Below are positions 1 to 8,007 of a DNA stretch of 21,089 nucleotides, in pieces (the stretch's first letter is position 1; every line of letters begins with the position of its first letter). Source of the DNA: Infirmifilum sp. (GTDB taxonomy: Archaea; Thermoproteota; Thermoprotei; Thermofilales; Thermofilaceae). The notes under the pieces are model-generated. The model made no database searches. It had not been told where the DNA came from and was given only the letters and a program-made list of their open reading frames with translations. The position numbers and the translations under genes were made by a program. The stretch covers positions 1 through 21,089 of the forward strand of contig JBEULP010000110.1 in the NCBI GenBank assembly GCA_041287245.1, read 5' to 3'.

Positions 1-701
1 TACAGCGTTAATATGTTGTCAGGGTAGCCTAGAAATATCTTAGATGGTTTTTTAACGGCAAATATTCCGCTAGCCGTCACGCCCGGGATCGCTGTTAGTT
101 TCAGCTCGAGTTCCTGAGGGTTCTCTATTCTCTTGAATACCACGTCTACCAGGAAGTTACCGTTGTCCGTTACAACGGGGCCAAGCTTGCCTTTCTCGGC
201 CTGTCTAATGGAGGCCTGTCCAGCCTCGGGGAGCTCTAGCAGGGCTGAGAGCACCTGGTGTGCCGCGAAGGGGTGTACCTCCACAGGAACTGGGACGTTT
301 AAAGGTTGATCCCTGAGCTTCTTCCAGTCTGCCAGAATAACATACTCTTTCGAGAAATAGTCTACGATTTTTTCCCGGAATAGCGCAGCGCCCATGCCTT
401 TCACAACCCACCTCTCCGGGAATATGTAGTCGGCGCCGTCGAAGGCTATCTCGGGCTTCTCGTCGAGTAAAGGCCTTTCCACCAGCCCAAGCCGGGCTGC
501 TAGGAAACTGGTGTCGTGTGACGTTGAGACGAAGTGTACCTCAAGACCCTCTTGTTTTACTCTCTCCGCCAGCTTCTCGATGAATAACCTGAGCGTAGTA
601 CCGCTGCCCAGGCCTATCAACATTCCGTCTCTAACCAGCTCTAAAGCTGCCTCAACAGCCCTCATCCTAGCGAGAGCAACATCGCTCGTGTTTTTCTCCA
701 T
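1..701 (-). CDS. rpiA: Ribose-5-phosphate isomerase A; the 3' end reaches the window edge (stop probably 1 nt outside)
   Basis: Not in the ORF track. Hand translation from ATG 701: MEKNTSDVALARMRAVEAALELVRDGMLIGLGSGTT...AFDGADY...VVKGMGAALFREKIVD...VPVEVHPFA...GPVVTDNGNFLVD...IPGVTASGIF. The frame is open to the edge and ends CTG TA(n). Confidence 0.93.
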   Translation of the reverse strand, partial: MEKNTSDVALARMRAVEAALELVRDGMLIGLGSGTTLRLFIEKLAERVKQEGLEVHFVSTSHDTSFLAARLGLVERPLLDEKPEIAFDGADYIFPERWVVKGMGAALFREKIVDYFSKEYVILADWKKLRDQPLNVPVPVEVHPFAAHQVLSALLELPEAGQASIRQAEKGKLGPVVTDNGNFLVDVVFKRIENPQELELKLTAIPGVTASGIFAVKKPSKIFLGYPDNILTL

Positions 702-725
702 ACCCACAAGTATAGCATGAGAGTC

Positions 726-750
726 TTTCTTAAACGTTTTTTAAATATGA
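726..750. promoter_or_regulatory. Back-to-back archaeal TATA boxes for rpiA (-) and the hypothetical gene (+)
   Basis: TTTAAG on the minus strand (729-734) lies about 30 nt upstream of the rpiA ATG. TTTAAATA on the plus strand (740-747) lies upstream of 770/782. Confidence 0.55.
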
Positions 751-781
751 CCACGTCGGCAAAGTTGTATTGTGGGTTGAA

Positions 782-1066
782 ATGGAAAATCTTCCCAATT
801 GGCCCTTGATGGAGGAGGAGATTCTCGTAGTTGAAGATGAGAAAAAAATCTACTTCAACTTCCCCTACTCACTCTTCAAAAAGAGCATTGAGAAGGAAAT
901 TTCAAACCTTCCCGTATCGGTGGAGCTACGGGAAGACTCTCTAGGCGGTAAAAGGGCCATCGTCATGATGGACAAGCAGCTTGGTTCGGAGGTGAAGGCT
1001 TGGCTATCAGTAAAGCTCCCCTCTATGAGCAAGAAATACTTTATAACCGAGCTAGAAATACTATAA
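782..1066 (+). CDS. Small hypothetical protein (about 94 aa; alternative TTG start at 770)
   Basis: The ORF fills the gap between rpiA and the sRNA, has protein-like composition and has a TATA box upstream. No family recognised. Confidence 0.7.
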   Translation: MENLPNWPLMEEEILVVEDEKKIYFNFPYSLFKKSIEKEISNLPVSVELREDSLGGKRAIVMMDKQLGSEVKAWLSVKLPSMSKKYFITELEIL

Positions 1067-1068
1067 AG

Positions 1069-1130
1069 GGCTTGGAATGATGATCCTTGTAAGGTCGGAT
1101 GGGTGAAGACTCGGACCCCGCTGATCAGCC
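1069..1130 (+). ncRNA. Box C/D methylation-guide sRNA
   Basis: C box ATGATGA 1077-1083; 12-nt guide 1084-1095; D' CGGA 1096-1099; C' GTGAAGA 1103-1109; 11-nt guide 1110-1120; D box CTGA 1121-1124; terminal stem GGCT (1069-1072) / AGCC (1127-1130). Spacing is canonical for archaeal sRNAs. Confidence 0.9.
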
Positions 1131-1778
1131 ATGTTTTCTCATGTATTCGCTGTTGAGATTATAGACGCGTTTGTGAGCAGGTGGATGTATATTGAGCTTT
1201 TAAACGCTTCCAGGATAGTTGGCCGCGAGAACCTCTGGATTTTCAATGTGAAAGACAGGTGTGAGCTTGAAAAGCTCTCTAGTATCGCCGGGCTCGTAGA
1301 GCATGACAGCATAATCTCTCGTATTGAGGATCTAGGCAAGATTTTCAGGGTGGTTGTTCTAGACCCGGAGGCACCCGAGGAACTAAAACCCAGTGATTTC
1401 ACCGGGAGAACCCTCGTAGTAGTAGGGGGTATAATGGGTGATCATCCCCCGCGCGGAAGGACGAGAAAGGAGGTGACGTGGAAGCTCAAGGGTAGATTTA
1501 TCGCCAGAAACCTGGGCCCAGGTCAGTTCACCATCGACGGCGCCATCTATATGGCGAGAGCAATAGCCTTTGGGAGGACTTTACAGTCGATACCGGTGCA
1601 GAGAGGGCTGATATTACGCGGCGATGGCTTTGAGGTTCATCTGCCCTACGCCTACCCGCTGGAGAACGGGAGCGTTGTTATCTCCCGCGAAGAGGTTGAC
1701 TACATATTGAATAAGCTAGAGGAAGACGAGGCTAGAGCCCTAAGCGATGGAAAAACGCCGTCAATATGCTCTGATTGA
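1131..1778 (+). CDS. SFM1-like SPOUT-class SAM-dependent methyltransferase (COG2428-like)
   Basis: Motifs VVLDPEA, VVGGIMGDHPPRGRT, QFTIDGA and LPYAYP are characteristic of the Sfm1/COG2428 family. Confidence 0.85.
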   Translation: MFSHVFAVEIIDAFVSRWMYIELLNASRIVGRENLWIFNVKDRCELEKLSSIAGLVEHDSIISRIEDLGKIFRVVVLDPEAPEELKPSDFTGRTLVVVGGIMGDHPPRGRTRKEVTWKLKGRFIARNLGPGQFTIDGAIYMARAIAFGRTLQSIPVQRGLILRGDGFEVHLPYAYPLENGSVVISREEVDYILNKLEEDEARALSDGKTPSICSD

Positions 1779-1782
1779 CGCT

Positions 1783-3171
1783 TTAAACCTGCACTCGCTC
1801 CACTGATATTAGATCTGTTGAGCCTCTTCTCCGGCCCGCGGTGAAGATAACGATATCGCCGATGCCTACGAGCCCAGACTTAACGGCTTTCTCAAGCAGC
1901 TCTGAGAACAGTGTTTGTGAATGCTTGTTTAGAGAGGGCTCGTAGGTAACCCTGACACCCTTAAGCAAGTTGATGTACCTTGCCGTTGAAGGCACATTAG
2001 TGTATACAATTATTTCCGCGGACGGCCTGAACTTTGCGAGCCGTCGGGCCGTGTTACCCCTCTCAGAGAATGCTAGGATTTTCCCCCCAATAATATTGGA
2101 GAGCAATACAACACCCTTCGCCATCGCCTCGAAGTGGTCTTCAGGCTCGTGGTCTGTTAACTCTCTCTTCTCAAGCCTCTCCGCCTCAAGGATTATTCTC
2201 TTAAGCCAGGCAACCGACTCAACGGGGTATTTGCCAGCTGCGGTCTCCCCTGCAAGCATCAAGGCGTCAACATCCATCTTAACAGCTGTTATTATGTCCA
2301 CAACCTCGGAGCGCGTAGGGACGGGGTTGTTTATCATAGACTCTAAAAGCTGTGTTGCTACGATGCTTGGCTTGCCCTTAGCCCTGGCACGGCGAAGGAT
2401 ATCCTCCTGCACCCGATAGATCTCCTCCAGGTTGTAATAGTTCGCAAGGTCCCCCCTGGCAACCAAGACCATATCTGAGGATTCCAGGATAGAATCAATT
2501 TTTTCAACAGCACTCCTCGTCTCTATCTTGGCTATTATCTTAATCTCCTCCGCTTTCAAGTCGAAAAGTAGCTCGCGTAACCTCCGAAGGTCCTCCTGGC
2601 GCCTGACGAAGCTCAAAGCGATAGCGTCAAAGCCGTTTTCCACGGCAAACTTGATGTCGTTGAGGTCCTTCTCAGTGATTGCAGGTAGAGGGTACTCTTT
2701 ACCTTTCACCGTTACAGTTTTCCTCGGCGAAACCTCACCCTCCACCAACGCCTCAGCTACTATCTTCTCTCCGTCGTTCTCGAGAACTTGAAAAGCAAGC
2801 CTCCCGCCGGCGATATAGAGAACATCGCCCTGCGAAGCTGTTTCAAAAAGGACGCGCAGTGGGACGGGAACCGCATCAGACGACTCTTCCCCGAATGTGA
2901 AAGTGACCTCGTCGCCCGGTTTCACCTGGATCGGGGGGAACTTGCCGAGGCGGACCACAGGTCCCTGAAGGTCAGCTATCAGCGTGACCGGCCTCTGGGG
3001 AGTCTCAAGGGCTCTAAGCTTAGACACAAGGTTCTGAAAAGTTGGGTAGTCTGCGTGTGAGAAGTTGAAGCGGAAGCCCTCTACCCCCTCGAGAAACAAG
3101 CGTTTAAGCAATTCCTCGGACCATGATGATGGCCCGAGGGTAGCGATTATCTTGGTTTTCCTACCAGCCAT
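1783..3171 (-). CDS. pyk: Pyruvate kinase
   Basis: TKIIATLGPSS, RFNFSH, DLQGP, AKIET, VARGDL, ATQLLESM, PTRSEV, ETAAGKYP. Confidence 0.98.
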   Translation of the reverse strand: MAGRKTKIIATLGPSSWSEELLKRLFLEGVEGFRFNFSHADYPTFQNLVSKLRALETPQRPVTLIADLQGPVVRLGKFPPIQVKPGDEVTFTFGEESSDAVPVPLRVLFETASQGDVLYIAGGRLAFQVLENDGEKIVAEALVEGEVSPRKTVTVKGKEYPLPAITEKDLNDIKFAVENGFDAIALSFVRRQEDLRRLRELLFDLKAEEIKIIAKIETRSAVEKIDSILESSDMVLVARGDLANYYNLEEIYRVQEDILRRARAKGKPSIVATQLLESMINNPVPTRSEVVDIITAVKMDVDALMLAGETAAGKYPVESVAWLKRIILEAERLEKRELTDHEPEDHFEAMAKGVVLLSNIIGGKILAFSERGNTARRLAKFRPSAEIIVYTNVPSTARYINLLKGVRVTYEPSLNKHSQTLFSELLEKAVKSGLVGIGDIVIFTAGRRRGSTDLISVERVQV

Positions 3172-3236
3172 ATCTACACGGGATTGTTAATGTCGTCGCG
3201 GTTTATAACGCTTAGTTTTTTCTCATCCCCCGTTGC

Positions 3237-6200
3237 CTAGACAGTGCTCTCGCCTCTTGATATGAGGCCTAAAAGGTAGATTGCCCGCGCGTATGAGTCT
3301 ATAAGGTTTCGCGCAGCCTCGTCCAGGAAGCGCGTACCCTTCGAGTGATACTTGTAGAGCCTCTGCCCAAGCCAATTCCTACTGTTCGAAAGTTCTCTCT
3401 GAACGTCTGAAAGTCTTATATTCTTTATGCCGACGCCAGCCTTAACCTCGTCCGGCATGCTGTGTATAAGCTCCTCAAGCCCAGTTACTTCTAAGCCGAG
3501 GACCCGAGGAGCTGTAGCTTTTGTGTCTTCTACGAGCCTCATCTGAATGAGCCCGCTAAGTAAAGCGGCCTGGTATGTCAAGCCCAGGTTGTGCATCTCT
3601 TCACGAAGTCTTTCCAGGTCAAACACAAGTAGCTGAAAGCCCTCGTTCAGCGCCTCCTGTAGCTTTTTCTGAACCTCGCCTCCAGAGTAGACCCGGTGGA
3701 ACTCCTTAACAATCTTTTCAATAGTGACTTCCTCGCCATCGAAGAAGGCCAGGTAGCCGTAAACGATATCTCCCTTGTCATCGATGGGGACTAGAAGCAG
3801 GTCTAGAGAGCCTATTTTAAGATGCCTTCCAGGCTTCGGGACATAGAATTTCTTGTCTTTGAGGGTTATAGCTATCTTATTTGAAAGTAAGACGTACTCT
3901 ACAACTCGTCTGGCAAAGTCCTTCGCAATGCTCCACTTCCCCCCGAGCCCTATCCATTCTATATGAGCATCCTCGTCCCTAGCAAGTAGCAGCACCTCTG
4001 CGAGCTCGCTAGGAGCATAATCCTCGAGCTCTCGATACACTCTTTCCCAATCGATCTTCTCAACCAGCCCTGCGCATTCCTCCTCCCATAAAACGAGAGT
4101 TTTACGCCCACCCAGGCTAGAGAGGGAATATGAGAAAATATGTAGCGGGAGCCTATATTTTTCCCGGAAAAACACCATGAGAAAGGCTAGACCCAGCCTT
4201 ACTCTTCTAAGATCCTCAGAATAGTCCAGCTCTATCAGTTTTCCATATGTATAGTCCTGGTATTTACCTGCCGTGATTGCGGGGATCTCTATTACCCTCC
4301 TCTCTCTTATTATTATGCTTCCAGCCTCTGTTTCGACGGGCTTTCCATGCTCTCGCTCGACAATCCATACTGTCTTCCAAGGATATTTATGATACAACCC
4401 GAAGCTCGATGCTGGCGGGATAACATTGCTTATGGCTTCGCTGAGAAGCTTACCCCGAATGAAGTCGGAGTATACGCTGCTCCTTTCACCCCACTTAGCC
4501 TTGATCTTCTTGTACTCTTCAAGCGCATAGGTGAATGCCTCACTCCTATAGAGGATGCTCTCGATCATTGGCTGAACAATAACTTTCTTCACCGCTCTCT
4601 CAGACTCGCCCGCTCGCTGTACTCCTGTGACTATACCCTCGGCTGAGTAGTCGATACAACCCGGCTGGAACTTCTCCACCAGGTCTGAGAAGGATATATC
4701 CTCCAGAAACCTCTCATGTCCGGTTTCATCTATAAAAACCCTTTTTATACCGTAGGGCGGTGCTAGCTCGTAGAAGTTGATGTTGTACCACGTTCTCTCA
4801 CCCCTCCGGGTTAATTGTCCCTGGCTGTAGAGGCCCAGTCGCTCCAACAGCTCCAGCTCTCCCTGTGAAAGCCTCTGGCCACTTTTAACCTTGAAGAGGG
4901 CATAGAATAAATGCCCGTACTTGTTGTCTGGGTTTATAACAGTTATTTCTTGTGCGCTTTCAATCCACTTTCTCAGAACCTCAACTCCCCTGTTAAGAAG
5001 CTCCCTGTCCCACCGTGAACCAGGAAAAATCACGGTTTCACTGTAAGGAATCTCCTCTCTACGCCCCTTCCTTCCGTTTCGTTGGTGAAACTCTCTAACG
5101 TCATCTGGAAGGCCTATGTGGACAACTCGTGCTATCAAGCCAATATCTATCCCTTGCGTGAGAGTTCTCGGGGATATTACAACCTTTACAAGTCCCTTTC
5201 TGGTTAGCTCCTCGATCTCTTTTCTTCTCTCTTTGCTGACCAGATGATGATGTGAGGCGATGAGCCGCCTTTTCTCCTCTGGGAGAGAGCTAATAAGCTT
5301 GCGGTATAGCTCCTCAGCCCTGTTTATGCTCCGTGTGAACACGAGGGTGACGTACTCGTCGTCGACATAGTGTTTTAGGACCGCGACCGGGTCAGCCCTG
5401 GCAGGATATACTTCTATGCCACTTCCTCTAAGCGCCTCTATTATCCTGTAGTAGTTTTTCTTAAAGTTCTCGTAGTCCTCGAGAGCTTTAGCTAAACCAG
5501 CTCCCCCCACTCTTTCCAATATGGGCTTATATTCCCGTAGCCTTTTCCACTCTTTATACAGATCCTGCCCTAGTACGATGAAAAACCTATCTTGCTTCTT
5601 GAACGCCTTTCCCTCGATGATGCTGCAATCCCGTCCTGTAACCTCCTTTAAAAAGCTACAGGCGTCCTCAGGGTTTGAGAGAGTCGCTGTTAAAACAGCC
5701 ACCTGAATTTTGTCGTGGATTGAGGCGATGACTCTAATCAAGGCTAGAAGAAGCGACAGTTCACGAGGACTATAAAAGTCAACCTCGTCGAGAACAATAA
5801 GGTCAACCTCGTTGAGAAACCCGAGTAGAACCGAGCTTGAAGGCCTCACAGCTGCGCGTTTAATATCCATCAGGAGAAACGCGGGATTCGTAACCACGAT
5901 GTCGGACGCTCTGATTTCGCTCTTGTACTGTGAAAAACTCTTTGCTCCTGCCTTGGGCCTCGTTGTAGAGTCAATCTGGGAAATTCTCATCCCGAGAGCT
6001 GAACAATACTCGTTGAGCCTCGAGAGCTGGTCGGAGGATAGCGCCAGGGTGGGATAGAGCGCCAAGGTCTTTTTCTTCTTGGTCGCAGTGTAAAGCCACC
6101 AGGTTTCTGTTTTTCCGCTGCCTGTGCCTGACCTTAGAACGACGTTCTTCCCGTCTAAGAGTTCTCGAAAGGCGATATACTGGTGTCTGTAGAGCCTCTT

Positions 6201-6350
6201 GTCAAGTAGTAATGAAAGCCTCTCGTTCTGAGCTACTTCTCCGAGTAGTTGTCTGAAAGTGATGTCTGCGCGTTCGGGCTCAATGCCTTCTTCAGCATAA
6301 TAATAGAACTCTAACCCCTCGTTTCTAAGTATCTCGCCAGTGTCAAGCAT
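3237..6350 (-). CDS. Large SF2 DEAD/DEAH-box helicase, Hrq1/SftH/YprA(MrfA)-like, with a C-terminal extension
   Basis: Q motif LYRHQ, Walker A SGTGSGKT, Ia YPTLAL, Ib TNP, II DEVD, III TATLSN, V TLTQGIDIG, VI QRNGRKGR. Subfamily assignment is inference. Confidence 0.85.
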   Translation of the reverse strand: MLDTGEILRNEGLEFYYYAEEGIEPERADITFRQLLGEVAQNERLSLLLDKRLYRHQYIAFRELLDGKNVVLRSGTGSGKTETWWLYTATKKKKTLALYPTLALSSDQLSRLNEYCSALGMRISQIDSTTRPKAGAKSFSQYKSEIRASDIVVTNPAFLLMDIKRAAVRPSSSVLLGFLNEVDLIVLDEVDFYSPRELSLLLALIRVIASIHDKIQVAVLTATLSNPEDACSFLKEVTGRDCSIIEGKAFKKQDRFFIVLGQDLYKEWKRLREYKPILERVGGAGLAKALEDYENFKKNYYRIIEALRGSGIEVYPARADPVAVLKHYVDDEYVTLVFTRSINRAEELYRKLISSLPEEKRRLIASHHHLVSKERRKEIEELTRKGLVKVVISPRTLTQGIDIGLIARVVHIGLPDDVREFHQRNGRKGRREEIPYSETVIFPGSRWDRELLNRGVEVLRKWIESAQEITVINPDNKYGHLFYALFKVKSGQRLSQGELELLERLGLYSQGQLTRRGERTWYNINFYELAPPYGIKRVFIDETGHERFLEDISFSDLVEKFQPGCIDYSAEGIVTGVQRAGESERAVKKVIVQPMIESILYRSEAFTYALEEYKKIKAKWGERSSVYSDFIRGKLLSEAISNVIPPASSFGLYHKYPWKTVWIVEREHGKPVETEAGSIIIRERRVIEIPAITAGKYQDYTYGKLIELDYSEDLRRVRLGLAFLMVFFREKYRLPLHIFSYSLSSLGGRKTLVLWEEECAGLVEKIDWERVYRELEDYAPSELAEVLLLARDEDAHIEWIGLGGKWSIAKDFARRVVEYVLLSNKIAITLKDKKFYVPKPGRHLKIGSLDLLLVPIDDKGDIVYGYLAFFDGEEVTIEKIVKEFHRVYSGGEVQKKLQEALNEGFQLLVFDLERLREEMHNLGLTYQAALLSGLIQMRLVEDTKATAPRVLGLEVTGLEELIHSMPDEVKAGVGIKNIRLSDVQRELSNSRNWLGQRLYKYHSKGTRFLDEAARNLIDSYARAIYLLGLISRGESTV

Positions 6351-6403
6351 GTCTCGGATAAGCTGTATAATAACATTGATAAATATTGCCGTGTTTTGGA
6401 AGC

Positions 6404-7084
6404 GTGCATCCCTTAATCGAATGGCTCATTAAAGTAGCTAGCGGGATAGGTGGGTACCTAGGGATATTTGTCGTGTCCATCCTCGGGAATCTTCTGCCTT
6501 TTATTCCCATTCCTTACCTCATTGCCGTGTATCTTTATGCCTCCTTTATTCCTGGCTCAAACCCTCTACTTATAGGTATTGTCAGCGGTCTTGGAGCGGG
6601 CGTTGGAAAGCTAATCGTTTACCTAGCTAGCAGGGGGGCTTCGAAGCTATTACTATCAGAAGAGACAAAGAAAAGGTACGATAAACTCTCAAGCTTGCTG
6701 GGCAATTGGGGGATGATTGCTGTGTTCTTATTTGCAGCCACACCAAGCCCGGACGATGCAATAATAATCCCGCTTGGACTTATGGGTTATAACCCGCTGA
6801 AGTTCTTTATCGGCATAACACTAGGTAAAATATTGATAAGCATAGCCACCGCTTATACTGGACATATGGTCGCTAAGGCCACCGGAGGGCTTTTCTGGAC
6901 AGAACTTCTTGTCTCAATTATATTGTTCATAATCGTAATGCTGGTGATAACGCTTATAAACTGGGAAGGGATCTTAACTATTCTCGGCGAGAAGGGCTAT
7001 AAAGGGCTGAGAGAGGAGATAAGGAGGAAAGGCTTGCCGCAAATTCTTTTCAGCAGAAGCGCGCGCGAGGATAATCAAGTGTGA
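6404..7084 (+). CDS. DedA/VTT (SNARE-associated) membrane protein; start GTG 6404 preferred over TTG 6386
   Basis: Hydrophobic helices; LPFIPIPY, GLGAGVGKLIVY, FAATPSPDD, FFIGITLGK. Confidence 0.85.
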   Translation: MHPLIEWLIKVASGIGGYLGIFVVSILGNLLPFIPIPYLIAVYLYASFIPGSNPLLIGIVSGLGAGVGKLIVYLASRGASKLLLSEETKKRYDKLSSLLGNWGMIAVFLFAATPSPDDAIIIPLGLMGYNPLKFFIGITLGKILISIATAYTGHMVAKATGGLFWTELLVSIILFIIVMLVITLINWEGILTILGEKGYKGLREEIRRKGLPQILFSRSAREDNQV

Positions 7085-7090
7085 ATAAGA

Positions 7091-7098
7091 TATATATA
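7091..7098 (+). promoter_or_regulatory. TATA box of prs (probably leaderless mRNA)
   Basis: TATATATA begins 29 nt upstream of GTG 7120. Confidence 0.6.
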
Positions 7099-7119
7099 CA
7101 AAAAACGTGAGCTTTTCTC

Positions 7120-8007
7120 GTGACGGTATACTCCCTCGAAAATTCTAACGGCATAGCAGCCGGGATAGCCCGTGCCATCGGCGACAAACTTGTCCAAGTT
7201 GACTACAAGCTTTTCCCAGATGGCGAGAGCTATCTCCGATTTCCTCAAAAACCAGAGGGCCCAGCTATACTGGTGGGCTCGTTTTACCCTAACCCTGATA
7301 AGAGGATATTCGAGTTTTTAATGGGGATCGAAGCACTCACAGCATCAACCGAGGACGTCGTAGTGGGCGTTGTTCCATACATGGCTTACGCCAGGCAGGA
7401 CAAGCGTTTCATGGAAGGTGAGCCCATCAGTATAAGAGTTGTCCTTAAAGCATTCGAGACGTTAGGCCTAGACGGCCTTGTCACTGTTGATATCCATAAG
7501 CCCTCCGTTCTTTCAGAGTTTACGGCGATTCCATCAAGAAACGTTCTAATAGACAGCCTCGTAGCTGAGTATTTCCGAGGAAAACTTAAGGATCCACTTG
7601 TCTTAGCGCCGGACGCCGGAGCCTTAGAGAGAGCTAAGCGGGTAGCGTCACACCTTGGAGCAGAATATGATCACATTGTTAAAGAGCGGGACAGGGTTAC
7701 GGGAGAGGTGCAGGCTAAGCCGAAGTCACTCAACGTCACTGGGAAAGACGTCCTCATAGTGGATGATATTATAAGTACAGGCGGAACAATGGCGCTGGCC
7801 GCCCGAACCGTCCTGGCGCAAGGAGCCAGAAGCGTCTACGCAGCTTGCACTCACGCCGTGATGGTTAGAGGAGCGCTTGACCTACTGATCTCTTCCGGTA
7901 TCAAGGAAGTCGTAGCTACGGATACAGTGCCATCACCCGTCTCAAAGATTTCCGTTACCCCAGCTGTTGTCGAGGGCTTAAAGTCACTTCTTGAGGAACT
8001 CCTGTAA
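7120..8007 (+). CDS. prs: Ribose-phosphate pyrophosphokinase
   Basis: FPDGESY, PYMAYARQDKRF, VDIH, APDAGA, and the PRPP loop VDDIISTGGT. Confidence 0.97.
   Translation: MTVYSLENSNGIAAGIARAIGDKLVQVDYKLFPDGESYLRFPQKPEGPAILVGSFYPNPDKRIFEFLMGIEALTASTEDVVVGVVPYMAYARQDKRFMEGEPISIRVVLKAFETLGLDGLVTVDIHKPSVLSEFTAIPSRNVLIDSLVAEYFRGKLKDPLVLAPDAGALERAKRVASHLGAEYDHIVKERDRVTGEVQAKPKSLNVTGKDVLIVDDIISTGGTMALAARTVLAQGARSVYAACTHAVMVRGALDLLISSGIKEVVATDTVPSPVSKISVTPAVVEGLKSLLEELL

Noticed and set aside
205..720. ORF-track calls 205..411(-) and 511..720(+)
   Set aside because: Both are off-frame or antisense shadows of rpiA, which the track missed because it has no stop in the window.
3123..3160. ATGATGA C-box-like motif antisense to the pyk 5' end
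   Set aside because: No correctly spaced D', C' or D boxes; explained by Pro-Ser-Ser-Trp codons on the other strand.
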